This document shows, piece by piece, positions 1 to 9,410 of a stretch of DNA of 64,000 bases. The DNA is from a virus: IMG/VR virus record IMGVR_UViG_3300005532_000006, positions 26,868 to 90,867 of that record; one strand, written 5' to 3'. Within the stretch, counting starts at the first letter, position 1. Each line of letters begins with the position of its first letter. The notes under the pieces were generated by a model. The model had not been told where the DNA came from. It made no database searches and saw only the letters and a program-made list of their open reading frames with translations. A program made the position numbers and the translations under genes.

Positions 1-128
1 GTTGGGCAAGAAATGCGATACCCGGTAATAAGGCCGGGAATCAAATCACCGTTCTCATCCCTGATCTCAGTATCTCGCCCGATCAGAATGCTATCTTGCG
101 CCTTCGCCTTGATGCTCAACCTCATCAT
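1..128 (-). CDS. hypothetical protein, N-terminal part, runs off window
   Basis: ATG at 128 after GGAG RBS; open frame MMRLSIKAKAQDSILIG.. to window edge. Confidence 0.5.
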   Translation of the reverse strand, partial: MMRLSIKAKAQDSILIGRDTEIRDENGDLIPGLITGYRISCP

Positions 129-140
129 GGTAGCTCCGAT

Positions 141-740
141 TTACTGTGCAAACAGTACGGTGGAATTGGACCCGTCAGCGAGCTTGACCGGCTGCGTCGA
201 GCCGCCGTTCTTGAAGGTCGCGTTGGGCGTGTTCGTCGTCCACGTATTCTGAGCCGTGTGCGTGTAATCGGGCGCCGACGTGACGATCTTGACCTTCCCT
301 TGCAGGGTCAGCGAGCCGTCCTTCGTCATCGAATACATCGACCCCTGCTTATCGATCAGCATCAGTTCTCCAGCCTGTAGCTGCTTCACGGCGTCGGGGA
401 TTTTCTTGCGCGCATCCCAGGCGCGGGTGACGCCGAAGCCCTCGTTGGCCCCGAACTGCGGGAAGGCGTGGAAAATCTGGTCGCCCTGATCCGGCCCCAC
501 GGCGGGCGGGGCAAAGAAGCCGTAACCGTCGCCCACCCACGGCGCGTGCATCGGCGACCACCCGGTGACGACGCCCTCCGGCTGGATCGCGTACTTGGCC
601 GACCAGGTCTTCGGGTCGAACGCGTTGACGAGCGAGTGCCGGGCTGTCGGCTGCAAGCGGATCACCCGCTCGACCTCGTCGCGCACGAGGTCCTGGACGC
701 GGCGCACGATCGCCTCGAAGAAATGATCGAAGGCCGACAT
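141..740 (-). CDS. baseplate spike / gpV-like protein
   Basis: 199 aa; OB-fold-like N-terminus (TGWSPMHAPWVGDGYGFFAPP) plus beta-repeat C-terminus; follows hub gene. Confidence 0.7.
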   Translation of the reverse strand: MSAFDHFFEAIVRRVQDLVRDEVERVIRLQPTARHSLVNAFDPKTWSAKYAIQPEGVVTGWSPMHAPWVGDGYGFFAPPAVGPDQGDQIFHAFPQFGANEGFGVTRAWDARKKIPDAVKQLQAGELMLIDKQGSMYSMTKDGSLTLQGKVKIVTSAPDYTHTAQNTWTTNTPNATFKNGGSTQPVKLADGSNSTVLFAQ

Positions 741-1928
741 CTAGCTGCTCTCCGCCGACCCGACCGAGCCTTGGCTGTCCTTGTCGCGTGCCGTGACGTG
801 CATCGTGTAGCCCGACCGCACGTCGAACGAATGGGTGATCTCGTTGACGTGGTAGGGCTGGTCGAACGCCGTCCCGGTGCCGGACAGGGTGACGGTGAAC
901 TTTGGCGTCAGGCTCGGGTCGCCCGGCAGGTGGAAGGAAATTTCCTTCTCGAATTTCGACAGCTGGTCGGCCTTGTTGCGCGCGTGCTTCCCCGACTGCG
1001 ACTTGGTCATGCCGGGGATGTTGTGGTGGTAGGCCAGCGGCTTGTTCGAGTGCCGGCCGCGGTATTTGCTCAGCGAGGTGTGCGACTTGCCGGTCTTGGC
1101 GTGGAAGCTCTGAACCTTGCTGTCGATCCCTTTCGAGACCTGCAGGTCGCGCGTCAGGGTCAGCGACTCAACATTGGCCGAGGCCGGGCTGAACGAACCC
1201 GAAGTGCCTTGGCTGATCCGCGGCGGCGAGTAGTAGACCTTGAAGTCGCTGCCGGCGTCTGCGGCATCGGGTGGGGCCAGGGTGATGTTTTTGCCCTGCA
1301 CCGTGATGTCGAGCGCCTCGTGGTCGGCGATCCCGGTCAGCACATCCCATTCCGAGCGGTTCAGAAACAGCCGATGCTGGTCCTGGTTGTACGGGTCCCC
1401 CACGGCGTCGCCGCCATCGTCGCCCGCCCCCTGGATCGAGATGTTCAGCTCGGGATGGTTCTGCTGGATTTTGCCGATGATCTGCTGGTTCGAGACGGGG
1501 TTGCCCTCGAAACCCTCGTCCATCCGCGAGTCGATCAGCTGCCCGGCATAGTCGCGGCCGGTGATGACGAGCTTTGCCTCGTGGCCGGCGTGGCCGCCTT
1601 CGTGCTCGCCCCCGCCCTCGCCGGCGAGCGGCGTCAGGGTTTGCTTCTCGACCGGCCCGGTGATCAGCGAGGTCCACTGGCCGCCGCCGTCATTGCTGGC
1701 GTTCTGGGCCAACGAAATGGAGATTTCGATCTCTATCTCGGCCTGTTCCGACCACCATTTCCAGTCGAATGGCGCCTTGGCGTCGAACAGCGGCAACTCG
1801 ACGGTGAAATGGTCGCTCTTGTGGTTCGAGGTCTTGGTAACGTGGAACGACTCGAAGCGCAGCGGCGTGCCGTTCGCGGTGACCCGCCCCAGCGGTCGGC
1901 GGACCTGCGACTGGACGTTAGACGACAG
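741..1928 (-). CDS. baseplate hub / late control D-like protein (probable CTG start)
   Basis: ITGRDYAGQLID, SEWDVL..IAD and GDPSLTP motifs typical of gpD/gp44 hubs; frame stays open 44 codons upstream of the listed ORF to CTG at 1928 behind GGGAGG. Confidence 0.7.
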   Translation of the reverse strand: MSSNVQSQVRRPLGRVTANGTPLRFESFHVTKTSNHKSDHFTVELPLFDAKAPFDWKWWSEQAEIEIEISISLAQNASNDGGGQWTSLITGPVEKQTLTPLAGEGGGEHEGGHAGHEAKLVITGRDYAGQLIDSRMDEGFEGNPVSNQQIIGKIQQNHPELNISIQGAGDDGGDAVGDPYNQDQHRLFLNRSEWDVLTGIADHEALDITVQGKNITLAPPDAADAGSDFKVYYSPPRISQGTSGSFSPASANVESLTLTRDLQVSKGIDSKVQSFHAKTGKSHTSLSKYRGRHSNKPLAYHHNIPGMTKSQSGKHARNKADQLSKFEKEISFHLPGDPSLTPKFTVTLSGTGTAFDQPYHVNEITHSFDVRSGYTMHVTARDKDSQGSVGSAESS

Positions 1929-2148
1929 GCTGGCCTCCCGTGTCGAGCTTCGACGGGATCAGCAAAGTCACGGACCCCTGAATCCACGGGTCGGTCAGGC
2001 CGTTCAGCACCGCGATCCGATCCCATTGCGTCGCGTCGCCGAGTTCGTCGAGCGCGATGCGGAACAGGTTGCCGCCGATGACGCGGAGCGTCTTCTGCGG
2101 CGCCGGCGCGAGCACGCCGCCGTTGACGAGGGCGACCCCGGCCATCAC
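1918..2148 (-). CDS. LysM-like tail protein X
   Basis: GNLFRIALDELGDATQWDRIAVLNGLTDP; size and position of a P2 gpX-like protein. Confidence 0.7.
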   Translation of the reverse strand: MMAGVALVNGGVLAPAPQKTLRVIGGNLFRIALDELGDATQWDRIAVLNGLTDPWIQGSVTLLIPSKLDTGGQPVV

Positions 2149-2480
2149 ACGGCCCCGGCCTCAAGGTTGATCGCCATGCGGTTGAGGTAGGACTGCATGT
2201 CGATGAGGTCGGGCGCCTGATCGGCGGTGGACTGATAGGCAAGGAAGGCGGCGGCGTTGACCGCACCGTCCACGCCGGAGACGACCCCCGCGACGGTATC
2301 ACCGATCATCTGCGTCTCGGCCTGCGCCAGCGCGCTCTCGACATCGCCGATGCAGCTGTCGAGCGCGGCGATGACAGGCGCCATGCCGGCCTGGCTCTCG
2401 CCGACGAACGGGCCGTTGGCCTGAACCGTCTGGCGCAGCGTCGTCAGATCGGTGGCGAGCTGCGTCAGATCGATCGTCAT
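2145..2480 (-). CDS. hypothetical tail-associated protein
   Basis: helical ORF MTIDLTQL.., stop overlaps next start. Confidence 0.55.
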   Translation of the reverse strand: MTIDLTQLATDLTTLRQTVQANGPFVGESQAGMAPVIAALDSCIGDVESALAQAETQMIGDTVAGVVSGVDGAVNAAAFLAYQSTADQAPDLIDMQSYLNRMAINLEAGAV

Positions 2481-2600
2481 GGCTTGCTGCCGTTCCGCGA
2501 TGCGCTCAGCGGTCCCGATGCTGCTCGTAGTGATCGACCGCGACACTGACCAGCGCGATCAGCACCAGCTTCTGCATTTTGGCGGCTCCTTTTTTTGGGC

Positions 2601-3149
2601 CTATCCGTTCCACGTGATCGCCTGATTGGCCGGCTGCGCCGAGCCGAAGGAGGCGGAGAACGGCGACGGCATCGCGCTCGGCACGGTCATGTTGAGCTGT
2701 GTCGCCGAGTTCAGCGTGTTGGTCATGTCGCCGGCGACCAGGGTATCGAGGTCGCCCGTGCCGTTCTGATCGGCAGGCGACTGCGGATCGTCGATGACCT
2801 TGATGACCATCTCGAACGGCACCCGCGAGACGAATTCGAACTCCGGTTTGAAGTGCGCGATGACGACCGTATAGGAAAGCACATCCCACGACAGCGTGAC
2901 CGGGGTGCCGGTCTGCCGCATCTGGTCGATTTCCAACGCCGCCGCGACGGCGTCGCCGACATCGTCGGAATAGAGCGTGCCCTTCCAGTGGATGTCGTCG
3001 TCGCTCGGCCCCATCACGTCGACGATACGCACGCCGCCCGGCAATTGGTGGACGCCGAGCCGCTGCGCGCCGCCGAAGTTGATGTTCTTGTCGGGGACTG
3101 AGCCGCCGCGGGCCGTGAACTGCCCGATCTGGACGGGAAAAAGCTCCAT
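2601..3149 (-). CDS. tail tube initiator / gpU-like protein
   Basis: FGGAQRLGVHQLPGG..G..DDDIHWKG..GTPVTLSW; downstream of tape measure. Confidence 0.65.
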   Translation of the reverse strand: MELFPVQIGQFTARGGSVPDKNINFGGAQRLGVHQLPGGVRIVDVMGPSDDDIHWKGTLYSDDVGDAVAAALEIDQMRQTGTPVTLSWDVLSYTVVIAHFKPEFEFVSRVPFEMVIKVIDDPQSPADQNGTGDLDTLVAGDMTNTLNSATQLNMTVPSAMPSPFSASFGSAQPANQAITWNG

Positions 3150-3158
3150 GGCGGAGAA

Positions 3159-3338
3159 TTACCGCCGCGCGCGATCGACGATCGTCGTGCCCAAGCAAAG
3201 CATCGGCTGGACCTCGATCGACAGCGTCTTTGCGGCGTACTCGCAGTCCTGCTGCTGCGCGTAGTAGCGGATCAGATCGGCCTCGACGTGACCCGAACTC
3301 AGCCACACCGCGACGAGCGCCCACGCCATCGTATTCAT
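3159..3338 (-). CDS. small hypothetical exported protein (59 aa)
   Basis: ATG 3338 to TAA 3159; hydrophobic N-terminus MNTMAWALVAVWLS, two Cys. Confidence 0.4.
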   Translation of the reverse strand: MNTMAWALVAVWLSSGHVEADLIRYYAQQQDCEYAAKTLSIEVQPMLCLGTTIVDRARR

Positions 3339-3466
3339 GATCGGGGACCCTCTTGGGAAATCAGTTCGGCGACGGCCGCGCCGAACCGCCGGACGTGTCG
3401 GGCCGCGCGAAATCCAGCTTGTCAGGCACCATTGCGGCCACTACGCTTACTCCTATCGCGTAAAGT

Positions 3467-3739
3467 TTGGAGCAACAGCCCGTGACGCCGGAAGAGGGCA
3501 CTCCCTTTACTAAAGAGCAGTTGACTATAATGGCAGGTGCGCTTGAGAAATTGCCAGATCACGTGATGCTTGTGGTCGAGTTTTTGATGAAGTCACTATT
3601 GGACAAAAATATTTTATCGGAGGCAGACATCGCGGGATGGATCGAAAAGCTTGGCACATCGACTTATCCACCCGCAGTCACCGCCGTGGAAAAGCTCAAA
3701 GCTTTTTTAGTTCGGACTGGGTTTGACCGAACCGCCTGA
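3467..3739 (+). CDS. hypothetical protein (AT-rich moron)
   Basis: 90 aa ORF, low GC, antisense to the late operon. Confidence 0.55.
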   Translation: MEQQPVTPEEGTPFTKEQLTIMAGALEKLPDHVMLVVEFLMKSLLDKNILSEADIAGWIEKLGTSTYPPAVTAVEKLKAFLVRTGFDRTA

Positions 3740-6331
3740 GTAGTCAGGCCGGGCACCGCCAGCAGCCTTGCCGCCGCCGGACAAGGCTTGTGCGACACCC
3801 TTGGCGGCCAAGGCCGCGATCTGCGAGCCAAGTTGGCCCATGTTGATGTTGACGTTGCCGGTCAGGGTCGCGGTGCCTTGCAGCTGCACGGCCCGGCTCG
3901 CGGTCGCCTGGATGGCTGCGGCCGCGGCCTGAAGGGCCGCCACCGCTCCCGCTAGAGCGCCCGCCACGGCACCGGCGCCTGCGGGGTTGTGTCCCTCGCC
4001 CCCGGCCATGCCGCCGTGGACCCCGCCGACGGTGCCGAGCGCGTACGAAGCGCCTTCGGCTTCGTGAGCAGCCGTCCGAGCCACGGGCATCGTGTGTAAA
4101 TCGAGGCCCAGCGCCTTGCGCTCCGCAGGTGTGGGGACAAACCCGGGGATTTCTCCAGCCATCGTGCCAGCGCGCCGGATGAACGGCGGCATGGTCCGGT
4201 TGTGAGCATCCAAATTTAGCGGTGCTTTGTATCCAGGAAGCGCTTCGGCCAGTTCCGGAGTTAGCTCAGGATCAAGGCCAACAAGCGCCCGAACGTAGTC
4301 TGAAATCGTCTGCCACATCTCGGCCTGGCCGATCTTCTGCGAAGACCAGCCCTTTTTCCGCAATTGTGGCTCTATCTTGTTAAACTTCTCCCAGTCGATG
4401 CTATTCAAGTAGTCGTATGCAAGGAATCCAGCGCCCGCTGTGCCAAGTGCGGCACCGAACGCTCCAAAACGCCGTAGGACGCGACTTGCTTTCGAGACTG
4501 CTGCCCCAGCACCGGCGCCGGCTGCGGCCTTGGCGGGGCCGCCGGTTATAGTGCTCCCCGTTAACCGGCCCGCGGCCGCCGAGAGCTGGCCCGCCGCCAA
4601 GGAGAGCCTTCCGGCGGCACCAGTAAGAGCAGGGCCTGCCGTCAGTAGGCGATAAGCTGCCCATCCGCCGGCCAAGCCTATGCCCCCGATCCCGCCGATC
4701 TCTGTGGCGCGGGCAATGCTCGGATGTGCAGCGCGCTTCTCTGCAATCCAGCTCAGCGCATCCGTCGCCAGATTGACAACACCCAGATTGTCGGTGACTA
4801 AGCCAATCGTTGAGGCGAGCGAGTCGAGTTGTTGCCGGAATGCCTGAAGCGCCTGTTTCGGATCGGAGCGGTCATAGTCGGTGCCGACCTGGTTAACCAT
4901 TTCTGATGTCCGAACCATGTTCGGATATTGCGCCAGGAGTTCTTCGACGAACTGTACGGCCTTGCGATCGCTGAAAGCCATGTTCAACGCGCGCATCGCC
5001 TTCGCGCGCTCGTTGATGTCTCCGGCTTTGGCCTTCCCCCAATCTATGCCGAGGTTAGAAAGGGCCGGCAGGAGATCTTTGACGACCCATTTCAGCGGCT
5101 CGTTCATCTTGAGCAGTTCGTCTTTCCAAGCACCAGCCTCAATTTTCACGTGGCCGTGCTCTGAGCGCCATTTGTGCGGGTCAAGCAGGCCAAGCTTCGT
5201 TGCAAACTCCATGGATGCGACTGTCCCGCGGCCGAATGTCGAGCGCTGGAAAGTCTGTGCCATAGTGCCGACTTTTGAGCCGCTGCCCATCGCCATAAAC
5301 AGTTCGGGCAGATAGTGGGTGATAAAATCCGGGTCCATCATGTAAGCGGCGGACCCGGCTGTTGACGCGAACTGTGTGAACGCATTCGCGCCCATCTTGC
5401 CGCCGGACGCGATTACGGCACGCATTGCGCCCGTGATGAAGCTGTTGAGGCGTTCCGGGCTCGTATTAAAACCGAGCTGCTCGCCGGCGCGTATTGCGCT
5501 GTAGAACTGGCTGGCTCGCTCTCCGGTCGTGCCGGCGTTCTCTCCCATGCTGTTTGCCAGAACAGCGTTCCACTTGGCCGCTTCCGGAAGCCAGTGCATC
5601 AGCTCCGGCATCGGATCGCCGCCGTGAGACATGCTCATCATGATCGGATAGAGCTCGCGCTCCAGCGCCATGACCGAGGCTGCCGACATGTTCGGGACCT
5701 GCCGGGCCACCCGATAGGCGGCTTGGTTCATCAGGCCCAAGTTGGCTGCGGCGCCCGGACTCGTGCCGAGCATCTGCCGCGCAAGAAATCGTTGATGGCC
5801 GTATTCAACACTCGGTTCGAGGACGGTGCCGGCCATGCTGGCCATCATCTCGATGTCATTCACGGCGTAGAAGCCGCGGCGGGCAAGTTCCCACATGCTG
5901 GCATGTCCACCGCGCGGAGCATGCCCCCCTGAACCGATAGCGGGCGGCCTGCCGCTCGGCGGAACGCTGCCCCCAGTGCCACGCGGCGGCGCGCGGAGCG
6001 TCGAAAGCAATTTCGACAAAGCCGACGCTTCACTCCTGGCCGCCTTCAAATCGCCAGCCAATGTCTGGACACCGCTGGCTGCGCCGGAATTCAGCCGGAC
6101 TGTCCGAAGCGTCTCCCCAAGCTCCCTTGACGATTTTGCTGCTATCGCGGCAGTGCGCGACAACAGTTCCATATCCTTGGCCGCTCGGCCGACGCCGAGG
6201 GTACTAAAGGACTTACCGAACTCCTTCTCAAGCCGGCCGATCTTCTCAAACATTGCTCCGATTTCGCGGAGCCGCCGCGTGGCGCGGTCATTCAAAACAA
6301 GATCGGCTTCAACCAAAAAGCGAGCACCCAT
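3707..6331 (-). CDS. tail tape measure protein
   Basis: 874 aa Ala/Gly-rich helical protein in the canonical position. Confidence 0.8.
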   Translation of the reverse strand: MGARFLVEADLVLNDRATRRLREIGAMFEKIGRLEKEFGKSFSTLGVGRAAKDMELLSRTAAIAAKSSRELGETLRTVRLNSGAASGVQTLAGDLKAARSEASALSKLLSTLRAPPRGTGGSVPPSGRPPAIGSGGHAPRGGHASMWELARRGFYAVNDIEMMASMAGTVLEPSVEYGHQRFLARQMLGTSPGAAANLGLMNQAAYRVARQVPNMSAASVMALERELYPIMMSMSHGGDPMPELMHWLPEAAKWNAVLANSMGENAGTTGERASQFYSAIRAGEQLGFNTSPERLNSFITGAMRAVIASGGKMGANAFTQFASTAGSAAYMMDPDFITHYLPELFMAMGSGSKVGTMAQTFQRSTFGRGTVASMEFATKLGLLDPHKWRSEHGHVKIEAGAWKDELLKMNEPLKWVVKDLLPALSNLGIDWGKAKAGDINERAKAMRALNMAFSDRKAVQFVEELLAQYPNMVRTSEMVNQVGTDYDRSDPKQALQAFRQQLDSLASTIGLVTDNLGVVNLATDALSWIAEKRAAHPSIARATEIGGIGGIGLAGGWAAYRLLTAGPALTGAAGRLSLAAGQLSAAAGRLTGSTITGGPAKAAAGAGAGAAVSKASRVLRRFGAFGAALGTAGAGFLAYDYLNSIDWEKFNKIEPQLRKKGWSSQKIGQAEMWQTISDYVRALVGLDPELTPELAEALPGYKAPLNLDAHNRTMPPFIRRAGTMAGEIPGFVPTPAERKALGLDLHTMPVARTAAHEAEGASYALGTVGGVHGGMAGGEGHNPAGAGAVAGALAGAVAALQAAAAAIQATASRAVQLQGTATLTGNVNINMGQLGSQIAALAAKGVAQALSGGGKAAGGARPDYSGGSVKPSPN

Positions 6332-6778
6332 TTACTTGGCCCCCGTAAAGACGTGCTCGAATTTTCTTGCCATTTCTTGCTCGACCGGCTTTTGACTGAG
6401 CTTCATCGCCGGCTCCATTACCGGCCGCGGCGGTATTCCGCGCGACGTGCCTAGTTCCTGAAACAGGTCAATCAGATCATTGCTGCCAACTGAAAATTCG
6501 CGCTCGCCAGCGACCACAGACTCGACGCTGTCGCGGATCGCGCCGCTGCGCAGCAAAGGACTGGGCGAAGGCCAGCCGTGCCGCGCCTTGTCTTCCAAGG
6601 TCGAAGCCGCCAGCCCAGGCCAACCCGCGCCAGCGCCATTGCCGTACAAGCTTTGCGCCCGCTTTTTGACGATCTCGGCGCCCTCTTTGAGCATCCGCCG
6701 CTTGGCCTCCGGCATATGGCCGGCGCAGCGCTGGAGAAACTCGCCGAACTCGGCGAGGCTCTTGAAGGTGCGGGTCAT
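6332..6778 (-). CDS. HK97 gp10-like / virion morphogenesis protein
   Basis: WPGLAAST..K, PLLRSGAIRDS, FQELGTSRGIPPRP motifs. Confidence 0.75.
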   Translation of the reverse strand: MTRTFKSLAEFGEFLQRCAGHMPEAKRRMLKEGAEIVKKRAQSLYGNGAGAGWPGLAASTLEDKARHGWPSPSPLLRSGAIRDSVESVVAGEREFSVGSNDLIDLFQELGTSRGIPPRPVMEPAMKLSQKPVEQEMARKFEHVFTGAK

Positions 6779-6818
6779 CGGTGTCTACTTTTTGGTTTGC
6801 GGCGTAGATGGGGAGGGA

Positions 6819-7196
6819 GTGGTGCGCTACCTCGTTCTCATCGTGATCATTCTGATCTTCATTTTCCCGACCTCGCGCGAAGCCACGCTCGCGGTAATCG
6901 CGGGGCTGATGCACCAAGCAAGGGATCTTGGACAGTCGGGGTTGCCCGAGTGTGACAGTCCTCGGGCGCGCGAAGAAGTTGACGACACGATCTCCCGCGC
7001 TCCCCTAGGGAAGATCTACGGGATATCGGTTATTGAATACGACGCAGTTGAGACAGTTTCCCAATCAGCCTCTTTGGTGGAATGCAAGGCGACAGTTGTG
7101 CTCAACAACGACACGTCGCATCCCGCGACTTACAGCTTCACGCTCAAGGGCGATCAGCAGTTTGTGCGCTTCCGGATCATAGGATTGGGCGACTAA
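6819..7196 (+). CDS. hypothetical membrane-anchored protein
   Basis: GGAGG RBS, GTG start, N-terminal TM segment, LPECDS..C motif. Confidence 0.55.
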   Translation: MVRYLVLIVIILIFIFPTSREATLAVIAGLMHQARDLGQSGLPECDSPRAREEVDDTISRAPLGKIYGISVIEYDAVETVSQSASLVECKATVVLNNDTSHPATYSFTLKGDQQFVRFRIIGLGD

Positions 7197-7198
7197 CC

Positions 7199-7417
7199 AT
7201 GCAAACCATGAAGCAGCGGCGCGGCCACTTCAGGCGCCCAGTTATCCTGGCGCTTCTATCCATATTGCTCACGCTCAGCCCCATGGCAGACAGCGCCGCT
7301 CGCGGTCATCGCGGCGGCATCTACGGCTTCCGCTCCAGCCCGTGCAAAAGCTCATCGTGCTGGTCGAAGCACCCGAGCGGGTCGTGGACGCACCCGCTGA
7401 CGCGGCGGAGGCGGTAG
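7199..7417 (+). CDS. small basic exported protein
   Basis: signal-peptide-like N-terminus, Cys pair. Confidence 0.4.
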   Translation: MQTMKQRRGHFRRPVILALLSILLTLSPMADSAARGHRGGIYGFRSSPCKSSSCWSKHPSGSWTHPLTRRRR

Positions 7418-7419
7418 GA

Positions 7420-7764
7420 TCAGGCCATCGCCAGTTGGCGGTCGGTCTCCGGCTCCGCCTCCCGGTCCTCGAATTCGATTACCAGCCGCTTGCCGACTGC
7501 GAGGGCCGCACGGTCGAGCGTATCGATTGTTATGCCGGCACCGTTGGGGTCGAGAAGCCTGTCTACGGCGGTGCGGCTGGTGTGCATGCGGCGGGCCATC
7601 TCGGCCTTCGTGATGCCCGATAGCCGGATCCAGTCTGCCACCATGTAGGCGATCACCTTGCGCCACGCCTGATCGACCACGACTGCATCAATCCCCTCTT
7701 CGACGAGGAAATCGTCGAAATCGCTGCCGATATGAGGATTTGTCTTTCCAGTGTTTGCGGTCAT
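7420..7764 (-). CDS. XRE-family HTH antitoxin (HigA-like)
   Basis: NPHIGSDFDDFLVEEG..ITKAEMARRMHTSRTAVDRLLDP; ATGA overlap with toxin gene. Confidence 0.85.
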   Translation of the reverse strand: MTANTGKTNPHIGSDFDDFLVEEGIDAVVVDQAWRKVIAYMVADWIRLSGITKAEMARRMHTSRTAVDRLLDPNGAGITIDTLDRAALAVGKRLVIEFEDREAEPETDRQLAMA

Positions 7765-8120
7765 TTTGCTTTTTCCATTCGGCGTTTGCGCGCACGCGCC
7801 AGGTTGATGTCCGATTGAGGGGTTTTCTGCTGCTTCTTGATGAAGCCATGCAACAGCAGCATGCGACCCTCGTAGACGCTGAAGATCACCCGCGCGATGC
7901 GCGTCGGCAACTCGGTCCGCACCTCCCATAGCCCATTGCCCAGAGGCCGGCACAGCGGCAACCCGACTGGCCACCCGTACTCTGCCGCCTTGATGTCTCT
8001 CCCGATCGCAATCCGCTCATTCTCAGGCAAACCCTTGAGCCAATCCCTTACCGGCTCCGCTCCCGCCGCGGTCCTGTAGAACGAGACCGGGAGCTTTTTC
8101 CCTGACCCAGGCTGTACCAA
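7761..8120 (-). CDS. RelE/ParE-superfamily toxin (gp49/HigB-like)
   Basis: FYRTAAGAEPVRDWL..GLWEVRT..RVIF..LLHGFIKKQQKTP; start (TTG 8120) uncertain. Confidence 0.85.
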   Translation of the reverse strand: MVQPGSGKKLPVSFYRTAAGAEPVRDWLKGLPENERIAIGRDIKAAEYGWPVGLPLCRPLGNGLWEVRTELPTRIARVIFSVYEGRMLLLHGFIKKQQKTPQSDINLARARKRRMEKAK

Positions 8121-8127
8121 ATTTGGT
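8116..8127. promoter_or_regulatory. palindromic operator of the TA operon
   Basis: perfect palindrome ACCAAATTTGGT at the toxin 5' end. Confidence 0.5.
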
Positions 8128-8194
8128 GCGCCAGTGCCAGGGATTAAATCGCTCCGCCCAGATAAAGGTTCCGTTACCGGCGAGCTCTTCGTCC

Positions 8195-8398
8195 TCACTC
8201 GCTCGCTTTCCCTCGCGGCTTCGGCCGGTGCACCGGTATCTCGTCCCGCGACAGCCCGCGCTCGATAAGTTGGCGGATCGCTTCCGCCTCTGTGGGTATG
8301 CGGTGCGCGAACCGGAAATCCTCTATCGCCTTCGCCTGCTCCGTCGTCAGTGCGACGAGCTTCTTGACGGGGTAAATCACTGCTGAGTAGCGCGCCAT
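8195..8398 (-). CDS. ribbon-helix-helix (CopG/Arc-like) regulator
   Basis: KKLVALTTEQAKAIEDFRFAHRIPTEAEAIRQLIERGL; divergent from the 8534 operon. Confidence 0.7.
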   Translation of the reverse strand: MARYSAVIYPVKKLVALTTEQAKAIEDFRFAHRIPTEAEAIRQLIERGLSRDEIPVHRPKPRGKASE

Positions 8399-8418
8399 CG
8401 CCTGGCAAAAATAGTCGA

Positions 8419-8474
8419 TATTGACGCTATTGACAAGAGCGCCTATAGGCTATATGTTCAATGCGTTCAATAGC
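8419..8474 (+). promoter_or_regulatory. sigma70 promoter with operator repeats driving 8534-10800
   Basis: TTGACA(8430)-17-TATGTT(8453); tandem TATTGAC; inverted GCTATTGA/TCAATAGC; palindrome GCCTATAGGC at 8441. Confidence 0.7.
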
Positions 8475-8533
8475 GGCCCGACCGAGAGCTGGAACCTCCC
8501 GACCGGGCCTAACCCCAGCCAAGGAGATGGCCC

Positions 8534-8866
8534 ATGGCTACGGCTACTGCCACACTTACCACATCCTCTCTGCACAATCTGCCCGTTGGCGACATCGTCG
8601 ATGAACTCGGCGCACTGAAAGCCAGTATCGCGGACCTCGAAGCCCGCGAGAAGCGGCTGCGCGACGAGCTGGTCGCCCGCGGCGTCGGTGAGGCCGAGGG
8701 TGCGCTGTTCCGCGCCACCGTCTCCGAGGCGATCCGTTGGACGCTCGACAGTTCCTTGGTCAAGGAGCGGATGGGCCACGATTGGTGGAACCAACACTGC
8801 CGCACTGCCAGCGTGACGACGGTCAAGGTCTGCGCCCGCACCGGCTCCTTCAAGGCGGCGGCGTGA
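8534..8866 (+). CDS. hypothetical phage protein (coiled-coil N-terminus)
   Basis: AAGGAG RBS; 110 aa; first gene of the operon. Confidence 0.75.
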   Translation: MATATATLTTSSLHNLPVGDIVDELGALKASIADLEAREKRLRDELVARGVGEAEGALFRATVSEAIRWTLDSSLVKERMGHDWWNQHCRTASVTTVKVCARTGSFKAAA

Positions 8867-8867
8867 G

Positions 8868-9410
8868 ATGGCCGCGACCAATCCCGCTGCCGGCGTTCGC
8901 CGGCGCAAGCCGCGCGCACGCCTCTACCGGCGGATCGATCTGCGCCGCCGGCGGCGGCGCGTTCATCCCCCGACGATCACCGCGGAAGCCGCACTGCATC
9001 TGCTGATGGAAGAGGCGGATATCTTCGCAGTCGGCCGCAGCCGCTATCTCGTTGCGTGGATCGATGCCGACGTACTGGAAACCCTGATCGTCGCCGCGGG
9101 CGCCACCGAAGACCGCGAAGAGAACGGCGACGACGAGCCGGATAGCGATCGCGAGCCGGATGTGGACGACGAGCCATCGGTCGGAGCCGATGATCTCGAA
9201 AGCGATGGTCTCGACGACGAGGGCGGCGAACGGACCGACGAAGACGTGCTGCCTTCTCCAAGACCGCGGCCGCCCATCCTCGACGGCGGTCTCGTCGAAG
9301 TCAGCTACGACCCCGTGAACGGCCAGAAGGTTTTCACTGTCGTCCGCGCGTTGCGGGTCGATCTCGCCAGCCCCGAGCCGCCGCTCGTCGCACCGACAGG
9401 AGCACGCTAA
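8868..9410 (+). CDS. hypothetical protein with Arg-rich N-terminus and acidic tract
   Basis: 180 aa; coupled to both neighbours (TGAgATG, TAATG). Confidence 0.65.
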   Translation: MAATNPAAGVRRRKPRARLYRRIDLRRRRRRVHPPTITAEAALHLLMEEADIFAVGRSRYLVAWIDADVLETLIVAAGATEDREENGDDEPDSDREPDVDDEPSVGADDLESDGLDDEGGERTDEDVLPSPRPRPPILDGGLVEVSYDPVNGQKVFTVVRALRVDLASPEPPLVAPTGAR

